Positions 24,156-31,854 of a stretch of DNA of 64,000 bases are shown here, one piece after another. The stretch comes from a virus: the IMG/VR virus record IMGVR_UViG_3300039451_000027, positions 1 to 64,000 of that record; one strand, given 5' to 3'. The notes under the pieces were generated by a model. The model was given only the letters and a program-made list of their open reading frames with translations. It had not been told where the DNA came from and ran no database searches. Positions within the stretch are counted from its first letter, which is position 1. Every line of letters begins with the position of its first letter. The position numbers and the translations under genes were made by a program.

Positions 24156-24965
24156 ATGAAGCGACTCTGGAAAAAGCCCTGGTTGTGCGTGCATGCGGAC
24201 GGTGACGTAACGCCGCTACCCGCCCCCGCAAATCCTCCGCCGCCGCCCAAGACGGCAGACCCGCCGGTCGTGGACCCGGAGGACGCTCCTACGATCAGCC
24301 AGAAGAAACTCAACGCCGTCCTCGCCGAGGAGAAGCGGAAGTTTCAGGAGACTCAGAAGAAGCAGCTCGAGCAGCTACAGGAGCTCGAGCGGTCCAAGGG
24401 CCTCTCAGACAAGGAGCGGGAGCAGCTCTCCAAGCAGATCGAGGACTTGAAGACCTCGGTCATGACGAAGGAGCAGCTCGCAGCAAAGGAAAAAGAGAAG
24501 CTTCAGAGCGAGCTCAGCGCGCAGATCAAGGCGGAGAAGGAGAGGGCTGACAAGGCGTGGCAGCTCTACACCGAGTCTACGATTGAGAGGGCGATCACCG
24601 ATGCCGCGGCGAGGAACGAGGCGTTCCGCCCGAGCCAGGTCGTCACCTTCCTGGTTGGTAAGACTCACCTCGTCGAGGACAAGGACGGCAGCGGGAATTC
24701 GACCGGGACGTTCACTCCCAGGGTCAAGTTTCCCGACGTCAAGGACGGCAAGCCGATCGTCCTCGATCTGACGGTCGAGGAGGCCGTCAAGCGTATGAAG
24801 GACCTCCCTGACGAGTACGGCAACCTCTTCAAATCAGGTGTCGCAGGTGGATTAGGTGGTACTTCCGGTGTGGACGGGGGATCTGGCGCTGGCCAGGGAC
24901 CGCCCGAAGATCCGGAGGCGTACCGCAAGTGGCGTGAGAACCAAAGAAAGATGGGGAAACTATGA
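24156..24965 (+). CDS. putative scaffolding protein
   Basis: Pro-rich N-terminus, then a charged coiled coil (EEKRKFQETQKKQLEQLQELERSK..). Lies directly upstream of the capsid gene. Confidence 0.6.
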   Translation: MKRLWKKPWLCVHADGDVTPLPAPANPPPPPKTADPPVVDPEDAPTISQKKLNAVLAEEKRKFQETQKKQLEQLQELERSKGLSDKEREQLSKQIEDLKTSVMTKEQLAAKEKEKLQSELSAQIKAEKERADKAWQLYTESTIERAITDAAARNEAFRPSQVVTFLVGKTHLVEDKDGSGNSTGTFTPRVKFPDVKDGKPIVLDLTVEEAVKRMKDLPDEYGNLFKSGVAGGLGGTSGVDGGSGAGQGPPEDPEAYRKWRENQRKMGKL

Positions 24966-26380
24966 CTCTGAAACTCCGTGCGGCCCGTCAATTTCTGACG
25001 GTCCACACACAGGACACGACGGCCTTCAATCCGGCGTTGTGGGCCAATGAATCTCTCGCAATCCTCGAAGAAAACATGATCGCGGCTGGCTTGGTACACC
25101 GTGACTTCGAACCTGTCCTTGCGAAGTACGGCGACGTTGTGCACACTCGTCGGCCGGGTCAGTTCAAGGCGAAGCGGAAGGATCTGAGCGATTCCGTGAC
25201 CGTCCAGGATGCGACGGCGACCGACGTGCAGGTTCCGCTCAACCAGCACGTGCACACAAGCTTCCTTATCCGCGACGGTGAGGAGAGCAAGGCCTTCAAG
25301 GATCTCGTCCAAGTCTACCTGGCTCCGTCGATGCTCGCACAAGCGAGGTTCATTGACCAGGTGGTCCTCGGACAGTACCACCGGTTCCTGGGCAACGCCT
25401 ACGGCGGCCTCGGTCAGCTCACGGGATCGGTTGGGCGGCAGTACATCCTCGGCACCCGCCAAAAGATGAACCAGAACAAGGCCTACATCGACGGCCGCAA
25501 CATGGTCCTGAACCCGGCAACTGAGGCCGCGCTGCTCAACCTCGACCTGTTCACCGCGGCCTACGCCGTCGGCGATCAGGGCACGGCGCTCAAGCGGGCC
25601 TGGCTCGGCCAGAAGCTCGGCTTCGACATGTACATGTGCCAGAACATGGCGAGCGTCAACACTGGAGCCACGACCCTGTCGGGCACGGTCAGCAACTCCG
25701 GCGGGTACGCGGCCGGGACGACGGTCCTGACGGTGACCGGCTTTACGGGTGCTGTGACGACTGGCGACTGGCTCACGATCGGTGGGGACTACTACCCGCA
25801 CCGCATCTCGGCTCATACGGAGACGCTGGGCAATACGACGTCCATCACGCTCGACACGCCGCTCATTAATGCGGTACTCAATGCGGCGGCGGTGACGACC
25901 TACCAATCGGGCGCGACCGTCACGAACGGCCCGTACTCCGGGACCACGACTCCCACCTGGTCGAAGGAGATCACAGTCACCGGCCTGAGCGTCGCCCCGC
26001 AGGTTGGTCAGATCGTGACGTTCGGCACCTCCCTCACGGACCCGATCTACACGATCGTGGATGTTGACGGAACGGCCGGCTTTACCCTCGATCGGCCGCT
26101 CGAGAAATCGGATGTGGCGAACAGCGCCGTGGTCCACCTCGGGCCGGCCGGCAACTACAACATGGCGTTTCATCGGAATGCCTTGGCGCTGGTCGTGCGG
26201 CCGCTGGCTCAGCCGATGCCGGGGACCGGGGCCCTGTCCGCAGTGGTGAATCACAACAACCTCTCGATGCGGGCGACGATCACCTACAACGGATCGTCGC
26301 AGGGCCACCTCGTGACCCTCGACATGCTCTGCGGCATCGCGCTCCTGGATGCGAATCTTGGCGCGCTCATGCTTGGGTGA
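24962..26380 (+). CDS. major capsid protein (HK97-fold type) with inserted domain
   Basis: 472 aa. C-terminal ..NYNMAFHRNALALVVRPLAQP..LSMRATITYNG..VTLDMLCG.. is typical of coat proteins. A strong hairpin follows. Confidence 0.8.
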   Translation: MTLKLRAARQFLTVHTQDTTAFNPALWANESLAILEENMIAAGLVHRDFEPVLAKYGDVVHTRRPGQFKAKRKDLSDSVTVQDATATDVQVPLNQHVHTSFLIRDGEESKAFKDLVQVYLAPSMLAQARFIDQVVLGQYHRFLGNAYGGLGQLTGSVGRQYILGTRQKMNQNKAYIDGRNMVLNPATEAALLNLDLFTAAYAVGDQGTALKRAWLGQKLGFDMYMCQNMASVNTGATTLSGTVSNSGGYAAGTTVLTVTGFTGAVTTGDWLTIGGDYYPHRISAHTETLGNTTSITLDTPLINAVLNAAAVTTYQSGATVTNGPYSGTTTPTWSKEITVTGLSVAPQVGQIVTFGTSLTDPIYTIVDVDGTAGFTLDRPLEKSDVANSAVVHLGPAGNYNMAFHRNALALVVRPLAQPMPGTGALSAVVNHNNLSMRATITYNGSSQGHLVTLDMLCGIALLDANLGALMLG

Positions 26381-26393
26381 TCCGTAGGATTTA

Positions 26394-26419
26394 GACCGCC
26401 GCGCTTTTGCGCGGCGGTC
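26394..26419 (+). terminator. hairpin after capsid gene (attenuator/terminator-like, no U-tract)
   Basis: GACCGCCGCGC-TTTT-GCGCGGCGGTC, an 11-bp perfect stem. Confidence 0.5.
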
Positions 26420-26434
26420 GCGAGAGGAGGAATA

Positions 26435-27001
26435 ATGCTAGGACAAGCTCTCCCCGGCAGTGACGGCAATTGGTTCAGCATGGTGATCGGGGCCATTGTG
26501 ACGATGGTCCTCGGCTACCTGAACTGGAAGCAGAGGCGGCAGGACGCGATCATAAATCAGAATCAGAAGGACCTCAACTACCACATGGAAGAGATCAGGA
26601 GCCTCAGGAAGTCGGAGGAGAACTGCAGGGTAGAGCTTGCCGCAATCAAGGCGAAGCAGGACCGTGACGGGAGCGTGGTGGCCTCTGGCTTCGTGATGGC
26701 GAATCACGCGGGTATCATAATGGACGCCGATCCGAACGTCTGCACACTCGTGGGATGGAAGAGGCGGGAGCTCATCGGCCAGCCCATCCACATGCTGATA
26801 CCGGGCGACTTGCGGGAGCAGCACGAGGAGAAGTTCAGGGAGGCAGTTGCGAGCCCCTATGAAGTTCGGAGGTATTTGATAGATGCTCATATCCTCCGTC
26901 GCGACGGTGAACTCGTCGCTGTACACATTGGTCTGGTGGGGTGGGGTCAGAATTCAGAGACCACCTTCTTGGCGATTATTAGGCCGAGGGTAAAATTGTG
27001 A
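26435..27001 (+). CDS. membrane-anchored PAS-domain protein (188 aa)
   Basis: GAGAGGAGG SD; TM helix WFSMVIGAIVTMVLGYLNW; coiled coil. PAS-like ..GIIMDADPNVCTLVGWKRRELIGQPIHMLIPGDLREQHEEKF..DGELVAVHIGL... No kinase domain. Confidence 0.65.
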   Translation: MLGQALPGSDGNWFSMVIGAIVTMVLGYLNWKQRRQDAIINQNQKDLNYHMEEIRSLRKSEENCRVELAAIKAKQDRDGSVVASGFVMANHAGIIMDADPNVCTLVGWKRRELIGQPIHMLIPGDLREQHEEKFREAVASPYEVRRYLIDAHILRRDGELVAVHIGLVGWGQNSETTFLAIIRPRVKL

Positions 27002-27363
27002 ACATCTTAATCGTTGATGACGATCCGGTGCTCCAGGAGCTGCTCTGCTCGTTTTTCGCAAGTCGCGGACACTGCGTCCGGCGAGCCTCCAATGGTGTTG
27101 AGGCATTGGCGATGGTGGAGACCGCGCTCAAGTTGGATGTCGTATTGCTTGACGTCCTCATGCCCGGACTGTCGGGAAACCAGTTCATCAAGGCGGTGAG
27201 GGGTGGAGGGGACACCATCCCGATTGTCGTACTCTCGGGTTATAGGAACGAGCTCGAGGCCCACTTGGTCGATCAGGTTGACGCCGTCGTTGACAAGCCT
27301 CCGAGCATGGACAACTTGCTCAAGGTTGTCGAGTCGGCAGTCAGCAGGAGTGCCTCACCTTGA
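26998..27363 (+). CDS. stand-alone response-regulator receiver (CheY-like, 121 aa)
   Basis: GTG overlaps the PAS gene stop. ILIVDDD, VVLLDVLMPGLSG (acceptor Asp), VVLSG, VVDKP (Lys): all canonical REC positions. Confidence 0.85.
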   Translation: MNILIVDDDPVLQELLCSFFASRGHCVRRASNGVEALAMVETALKLDVVLLDVLMPGLSGNQFIKAVRGGGDTIPIVVLSGYRNELEAHLVDQVDAVVDKPPSMDNLLKVVESAVSRSASP

Positions 27364-27806
27364 ATATTCGAGCCATGCTCTACGTCCTGAAGAGGAAGTT
27401 TGCGTATCCGATCGCCGTCTATTTGCGATTGCCCGATCAGGTTGACCTCGAGACGGGGCGACAGAATTTGAGCGAGGTGAAGTACACGATTAGGCGGGCA
27501 ATTGTCTTGCCGTTCAGTGTGTACGCAAAGCTCTTTCAGAAGATTGCCGACTTCAAGTACGGTGGCGACCTGGACGTTGAGCGGAGGGTGTTCATAATAG
27601 ATCGCGCGGACCTGCCGGTTGTGATCTCGGATGACAAGTTCAGCCTCGTCTTCGATGGCCGTCGGTATGGCATCGAGAAGCTCGAGAACTTTGAGCGGGA
27701 TGCGGCTTACGTGGTGGTGGGAAAGCGGGTTACCAATCCCAGCGCCCCTGAGCAGGTGGACGTCGTACTGCACGATTGGCTCTTCTTGTCGGATGGTGTG
27801 ACTTGA
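27360..27806 (+). CDS. putative head-tail joining protein
   Basis: TTG start overlapping the REC stop. Call rests on position between capsid and tail genes only. Confidence 0.5.
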   Translation: MNIRAMLYVLKRKFAYPIAVYLRLPDQVDLETGRQNLSEVKYTIRRAIVLPFSVYAKLFQKIADFKYGGDLDVERRVFIIDRADLPVVISDDKFSLVFDGRRYGIEKLENFERDAAYVVVGKRVTNPSAPEQVDVVLHDWLFLSDGVT

Positions 27807-28271
27807 ATGTACAATCCAAATTGGCCGCGGTGGATATACGCCTCGTGCACCAAGTTCTTTGACGCTGGGCGCGACGGTCTGAAGCTTTATTTCGAGGGCA
27901 CTGACAAGGGGACCAGGCGTAGTGACGCCGATTATGCCGAGTTCAGGATGACCGGACCAGTGGCTCGCGAAATTAGCAGGGGCTACTGGGAGATCCTGTT
28001 TGAGATTAACGTGATCGTCTTCTCCACCAAGGACGGGAAGGACGCTCACAAGATATTCAAGAACCTCGGAAAGGTGGCGACCATATTCGCTGAGCCCGTT
28101 CCGATCTTCAAGTACGGGGACGGGGAGGCGGACGATAGCGAGTATCTCGAGTGCGCTATATTGCAGGGTGGGATAATTGTGGAGCACTACGGCCAATTTG
28201 ATCCGGAGCTCCAGATTCTTGAAGCTGGCGTCGAAGGCGAATACAAACTCATACTCAGCGTGGAGGAATAG
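27807..28271 (+). CDS. putative tail completion/terminator protein
   Basis: Track ORF, abutting both neighbours. Call rests on position only. Confidence 0.55.
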   Translation: MYNPNWPRWIYASCTKFFDAGRDGLKLYFEGTDKGTRRSDADYAEFRMTGPVAREISRGYWEILFEINVIVFSTKDGKDAHKIFKNLGKVATIFAEPVPIFKYGDGEADDSEYLECAILQGGIIVEHYGQFDPELQILEAGVEGEYKLILSVEE

Positions 28272-29375
28272 ATGTTGAGATTACTGTCGCGTGCACCGTT
28301 TCTGACGGTCCACGCCCCGATTGACCTGAAGTATGCGAACATCCGCATACGCGATGGGGCGCTCTACAACGGGACTCTGAATCCCACGGCGCAGGCCAAT
28401 CCGTCTGTCACTCCGACGGTCAACGCGACCGGCGGCGGGTCGTCCGGCGGCAACCTGCAAGCCGGAACGTACTACGTGAAGTACACCTTCGTGACCTCGA
28501 TTGGGGAAACCCTCCCGAGTACGGAGAGCACGCAGTTCACCGACGTCGCTGGAGACATCCCGCGAGTGACGTTCCCGTCGCTGCCGCTTGGCGCGACCTC
28601 GATCAACTTGTACCTCACTCCCACCAACGGCGCGAGCAATTCCGAGACGCTGTACGCGACCGGAATCACGACCACGACGTACGACCTCCAGGCTCCGTAC
28701 GTGGCCGGTGGAGTGGCTCCTCCGGTCCTCAATACCACTGGCGGCTATGCGGCCGGGACCTCGACCATCGCGGTGACCGGTTTTACCACCGCGCTGTCGA
28801 ATGGTATGCAGTTCACGATCGGCGGCGACAAGCCGATCTACAAGATCACGAGCCACAGCGAGACGCTGGGGAATACGACCTCGATCACCTTCACTCCTTC
28901 GCTCGACAAGGCCGTCTACTCGGGCGAGGCGATCACGGTCGGGCCTCACATCATCCAGATCAAGGTCGGTGACGGCAATGCGAACTGGACCGAGAAGCAG
29001 GCTCGCGTGTACGTGAAGGATCGCGGCCTCCTCGACACGGTGCGCAATGGCGATGACGAGCCGGTCGAGCTCAAGCTCGAGTTCACCTACGACTTCCTCA
29101 CGGCGGTCTCTGGCTCGGGCGTCCCGACCGTTGAGGATGCGATCAAGCAGCGGGGTGAGGCGTCTGGCTGGGTGACCACGTCAGCCGATCCGTGCGAGCC
29201 GTACGCCGTCGACATCGAGATCGAGTACGTTCCACCGTGCGCTTCTGTCCAGCGCGAGGTGGTCCTCTTCAAGGACTTCCGCTGGGAGGACCTTGCGCAC
29301 GACCTCAAGCAGTCGCAGATTTCGCTCACGGGTAAGTGCAACGTCAAGCAGCCCATCACCACGAGGGCGGCCTAA
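28272..29375 (+). CDS. putative major tail tube protein with inserted Ig/FN3-like and capsid-shared domains
   Basis: Lies just before the chaperone pair. ..IQIKVGDGNANWTEKQARVYVKDRGLLDTVRNGDDEPVELKLEF.. resembles tube proteins. Confidence 0.55.
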   Translation: MLRLLSRAPFLTVHAPIDLKYANIRIRDGALYNGTLNPTAQANPSVTPTVNATGGGSSGGNLQAGTYYVKYTFVTSIGETLPSTESTQFTDVAGDIPRVTFPSLPLGATSINLYLTPTNGASNSETLYATGITTTTYDLQAPYVAGGVAPPVLNTTGGYAAGTSTIAVTGFTTALSNGMQFTIGGDKPIYKITSHSETLGNTTSITFTPSLDKAVYSGEAITVGPHIIQIKVGDGNANWTEKQARVYVKDRGLLDTVRNGDDEPVELKLEFTYDFLTAVSGSGVPTVEDAIKQRGEASGWVTTSADPCEPYAVDIEIEYVPPCASVQREVVLFKDFRWEDLAHDLKQSQISLTGKCNVKQPITTRAA

Positions 29376-29384
29376 TCTACGCTT

Positions 29385-29410
29385 GGCACCGCGAGCCGGC
29401 TCGCGGTGCC
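29385..29410 (+). terminator. perfect 26-nt palindrome/hairpin after tail tube gene
   Basis: GGCACCGCGAGCC|GGCTCGCGGTGCC. Confidence 0.5.
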
Positions 29411-29429
29411 ATCACCTAAGGAGTTCTAG

Positions 29430-30167
29430 ATGAAGAAGATCCTGTGTATTTTGTGCCTCGCGGCTTTCGCAATCATGGCCGTTGGAGCGAGGCCCCTTCA
29501 GCTTCCCGCGCCTCAGTCGAACGTCTGGTTCGTCAATGCCTGGTGCGGCTTTGATGAGGACGGAGTGAGGAAGCAGTATTACATCCAAGGCGCAAGGAAC
29601 GCAGACTCCTCCGACGACTACGACCTATCCGTCGGGTATGCCCCCTCGATCTCTTGCGAGGTCGTCACGAGCATGACGACAGTGGGTTCAGATTACCTCG
29701 CTTCCGGCCAAGTCGGAAATCCGCACGTCACCAATGGGACCTTCATGGACGATGGTGACAATATGCTCATTATCTACTGCGTTGGCGACTGGTCGAGCTA
29801 CACGATCAACATTGCCCCAACAGCCGGGATCAATGCGGCGAATCGGATCAGCTGGCCAACGAACTTGATCCAGTCTGGCAATACCGCAGCTGTTATGTGC
29901 CAGTTCAACTTCTTCCAGGGTAAGAGCGGTGACTATACCTGGAAGCTCTACGTATGGGACAATTCCAATACGCGGCACTTCGTCGGGTCCGTTGGGCTCG
30001 GCGATGCCAGGAACGCGAACTACCTCTACAAGGGAATGTTCACAATCTTCGGGACCTTCGATGCTAGCTGGCTCGAAAGCAACGGGAATGCGGCTTTCAC
30101 GATCGTTGCCGTAGATTCCCTCGGCAATGAGGAGGAGGTCCTGAATTGGACCCAGGCCCAAGACTGA
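29430..30167 (+). CDS. secreted protein of unknown function (moron-like)
   Basis: Own AAGGAG SD after the hairpin; signal peptide MKKILCILCLAAFAIMAVGA; lower GC than its neighbours. Confidence 0.65.
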   Translation: MKKILCILCLAAFAIMAVGARPLQLPAPQSNVWFVNAWCGFDEDGVRKQYYIQGARNADSSDDYDLSVGYAPSISCEVVTSMTTVGSDYLASGQVGNPHVTNGTFMDDGDNMLIIYCVGDWSSYTINIAPTAGINAANRISWPTNLIQSGNTAAVMCQFNFFQGKSGDYTWKLYVWDNSNTRHFVGSVGLGDARNANYLYKGMFTIFGTFDASWLESNGNAAFTIVAVDSLGNEEEVLNWTQAQD

Positions 30168-30201
30168 ATTCAAATTTTGACCGCACAATGAGGAGCGTAG
30201 T

Positions 30202-30735
30202 ATGAAGCTGAATGGCAAGAAGATCGAGGGGCCGAACGTCACCACAATCGTGATCCCGAGGGGCGATTCTCAAATCGTCTTTCGGGCCCAGGCGATAATG
30301 GATATGGAGGAGTTCGACAAGCTGTGCCCTCAGCCAAAGCCGCCGACCAAGATCGTGAAGGGTGGGCTGCGGGTCCCCAATATGGAGGACGACGTATTCA
30401 AGGCGCAGATTCAGGAGTATGCTAAAAGGCGAACCGCCTACATGATCCTTAAGTCCCTCCAGGCGACCCCCGGTCTGGAGTGGGAGATGGCCAAGATCGG
30501 GGACCCCTCCACCTGGCTGCTCTACGAACAGGAGCTAAAGGGGTCCGGCTTCTCGGAGACCGAGATCAACATCATTGCCGGTGGCGTGGCTGAGGCGAAC
30601 TGCCTGAGCGACGACAAAATTGAGGAGGCCCGCAACCGTTTTTTAGCTGGGGAGCGGGAGGCGGAAGCCCGGTCATCCCAGGCGGCCGATCCGAGCTCTA
30701 CTGCATCTGGCGCTCCTGCGAGCGCTTCCAGTTGA
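30202..30735 (+). CDS. tail assembly chaperone (gpG-like)
   Basis: 177 aa, upstream of the tape measure; contains a slippery heptamer near the 3' end. Confidence 0.7.
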   Translation: MKLNGKKIEGPNVTTIVIPRGDSQIVFRAQAIMDMEEFDKLCPQPKPPTKIVKGGLRVPNMEDDVFKAQIQEYAKRRTAYMILKSLQATPGLEWEMAKIGDPSTWLLYEQELKGSGFSETEINIIAGGVAEANCLSDDKIEEARNRFLAGEREAEARSSQAADPSSTASGAPASASS

Positions 30736-30881
30736 GGCCGCCCGGAGTGGGCGACTCCTGGGACGAGACCGACGTGTGGACGCAGGCGAAGCTCATCGCC
30801 TACAACCAGGTCAGGGAGTACGAGGACGCCAAGTTCCAGATTGCCCTCGCCGGGGCCAAGAGGTCAAATGCCGAAATTTAG
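30202..30881 (+). CDS. gpGT-like -1 frameshift fusion product (join 30202..30645, 30645..30881)
   Basis: The -1 frame extension encodes ..DSWDETDVWTQAKLIAYNQVREYEDAKFQIALAGAKRSNAEI. Confidence 0.55.
30639..30645 (+). promoter_or_regulatory. -1 programmed frameshift slippery heptamer T_TTT_TTA
   Basis: In the zero frame it reads cgT TTT TTA. The -1 frame is open from 30624 to TAG 30879-30881. Confidence 0.6.
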
Positions 30882-31854
30882 CGCTAAGTTGACGGCCTTC
30901 ACGTTCGATCAGAAGGGCTACTCGAAGGCCTTCAACACCGCACTGCTGGGGATCTACCGCAAGGCCGCTCGCGCATTCCTGAGGGCCGCCTTGCCGAGGG
31001 TTCCGTTCAGGACGGGATTCGTGCGAGGAGCCTTCACTGTCCTGAGCGAGGCGGTGGGCGGCAACGTCGGCGGCTCCGGGATCGGTCAGTTCAACAGCTT
31101 GGTGAAGCTGAAGGAGCGCATCGCCAAGCTCTCCGAGCGGGTCAGGAAGCTCAGGGCCAAGGGTCCCAGTCCCAGGCTCGAGCAAGCGAGGAGGAGGCTC
31201 ATTAGAGTCCAGGGCCAATTCTTCAAGAAGTTGAGGAAGGTCAAGAAGGACGTGAGGTTCACCCTCGGAGCGTTGGGCGCCGCGTCGAGGGCCAAGGGTG
31301 AGTTGAATCCGGCCGACCTTGAGCGGCGGCAGCCGACGGCCGCGAAGGGCAAGGAGAAGCGCAGGACCAGGAGCGTGGAATTCGGGCCCGGTGGCGAACG
31401 GACAGAGCGAGAGGTCACCGAGCGGGTCGGAAGACCGCGGGTCGAGTTTTACCGACCTCCGGAGGGCGGGAAGGTCCTGAAGACGCTTAGGAGCGGTCGC
31501 GATTTCGCGAGCCTGACACTTGGCGGGTCGGCGACCAGCAAGAGGGCCAGCCAGTTCGAGGGCTTCACTGCTCCGGACGTAGTCGAGCCGACCTACAATT
31601 TCTCGTTCAGGATCGACATCTCGTACTTTAATATCAATGATGCGTTCTCTAACTCGAGGACGCCGAGCTCCCCGTGGCGGAGCTTCGAGTTCGGGAGGCT
31701 GGCCTTTCTTCAGGTTCTGAAGGACGGATTGAAGAAGCTGCCTGACGTCGTCCGGTTCATCAGGGAAGTCGAATACGAGGTCGGTAGTACGGTGAAGAAG
31801 ACTGAGAGGAAGCAGGTCGTGCAGAGTCCGACGGAATATGAGAGCGAGATTTAA
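30868..31854 (+). CDS. hypothetical basic protein (328 aa)
   Basis: Internal ATG of track ORF 30841..31854, after AAGAGG. The N-terminus is faintly HK97-gp10-like (..ALPRVPFRTGFVRGAF..). Confidence 0.55.
   Translation: MPKFSAKLTAFTFDQKGYSKAFNTALLGIYRKAARAFLRAALPRVPFRTGFVRGAFTVLSEAVGGNVGGSGIGQFNSLVKLKERIAKLSERVRKLRAKGPSPRLEQARRRLIRVQGQFFKKLRKVKKDVRFTLGALGAASRAKGELNPADLERRQPTAAKGKEKRRTRSVEFGPGGERTEREVTERVGRPRVEFYRPPEGGKVLKTLRSGRDFASLTLGGSATSKRASQFEGFTAPDVVEPTYNFSFRIDISYFNINDAFSNSRTPSSPWRSFEFGRLAFLQVLKDGLKKLPDVVRFIREVEYEVGSTVKKTERKQVVQSPTEYESEI

Noticed and set aside
24665-26308. 547-aa minus-strand ORF antisense to the scaffold and capsid genes.
   Set aside because: Arg/Gly/Pro-rich low-complexity translation typical of antisense frames in high-GC DNA. 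The plus-strand genes have clear family signatures and SD sites.
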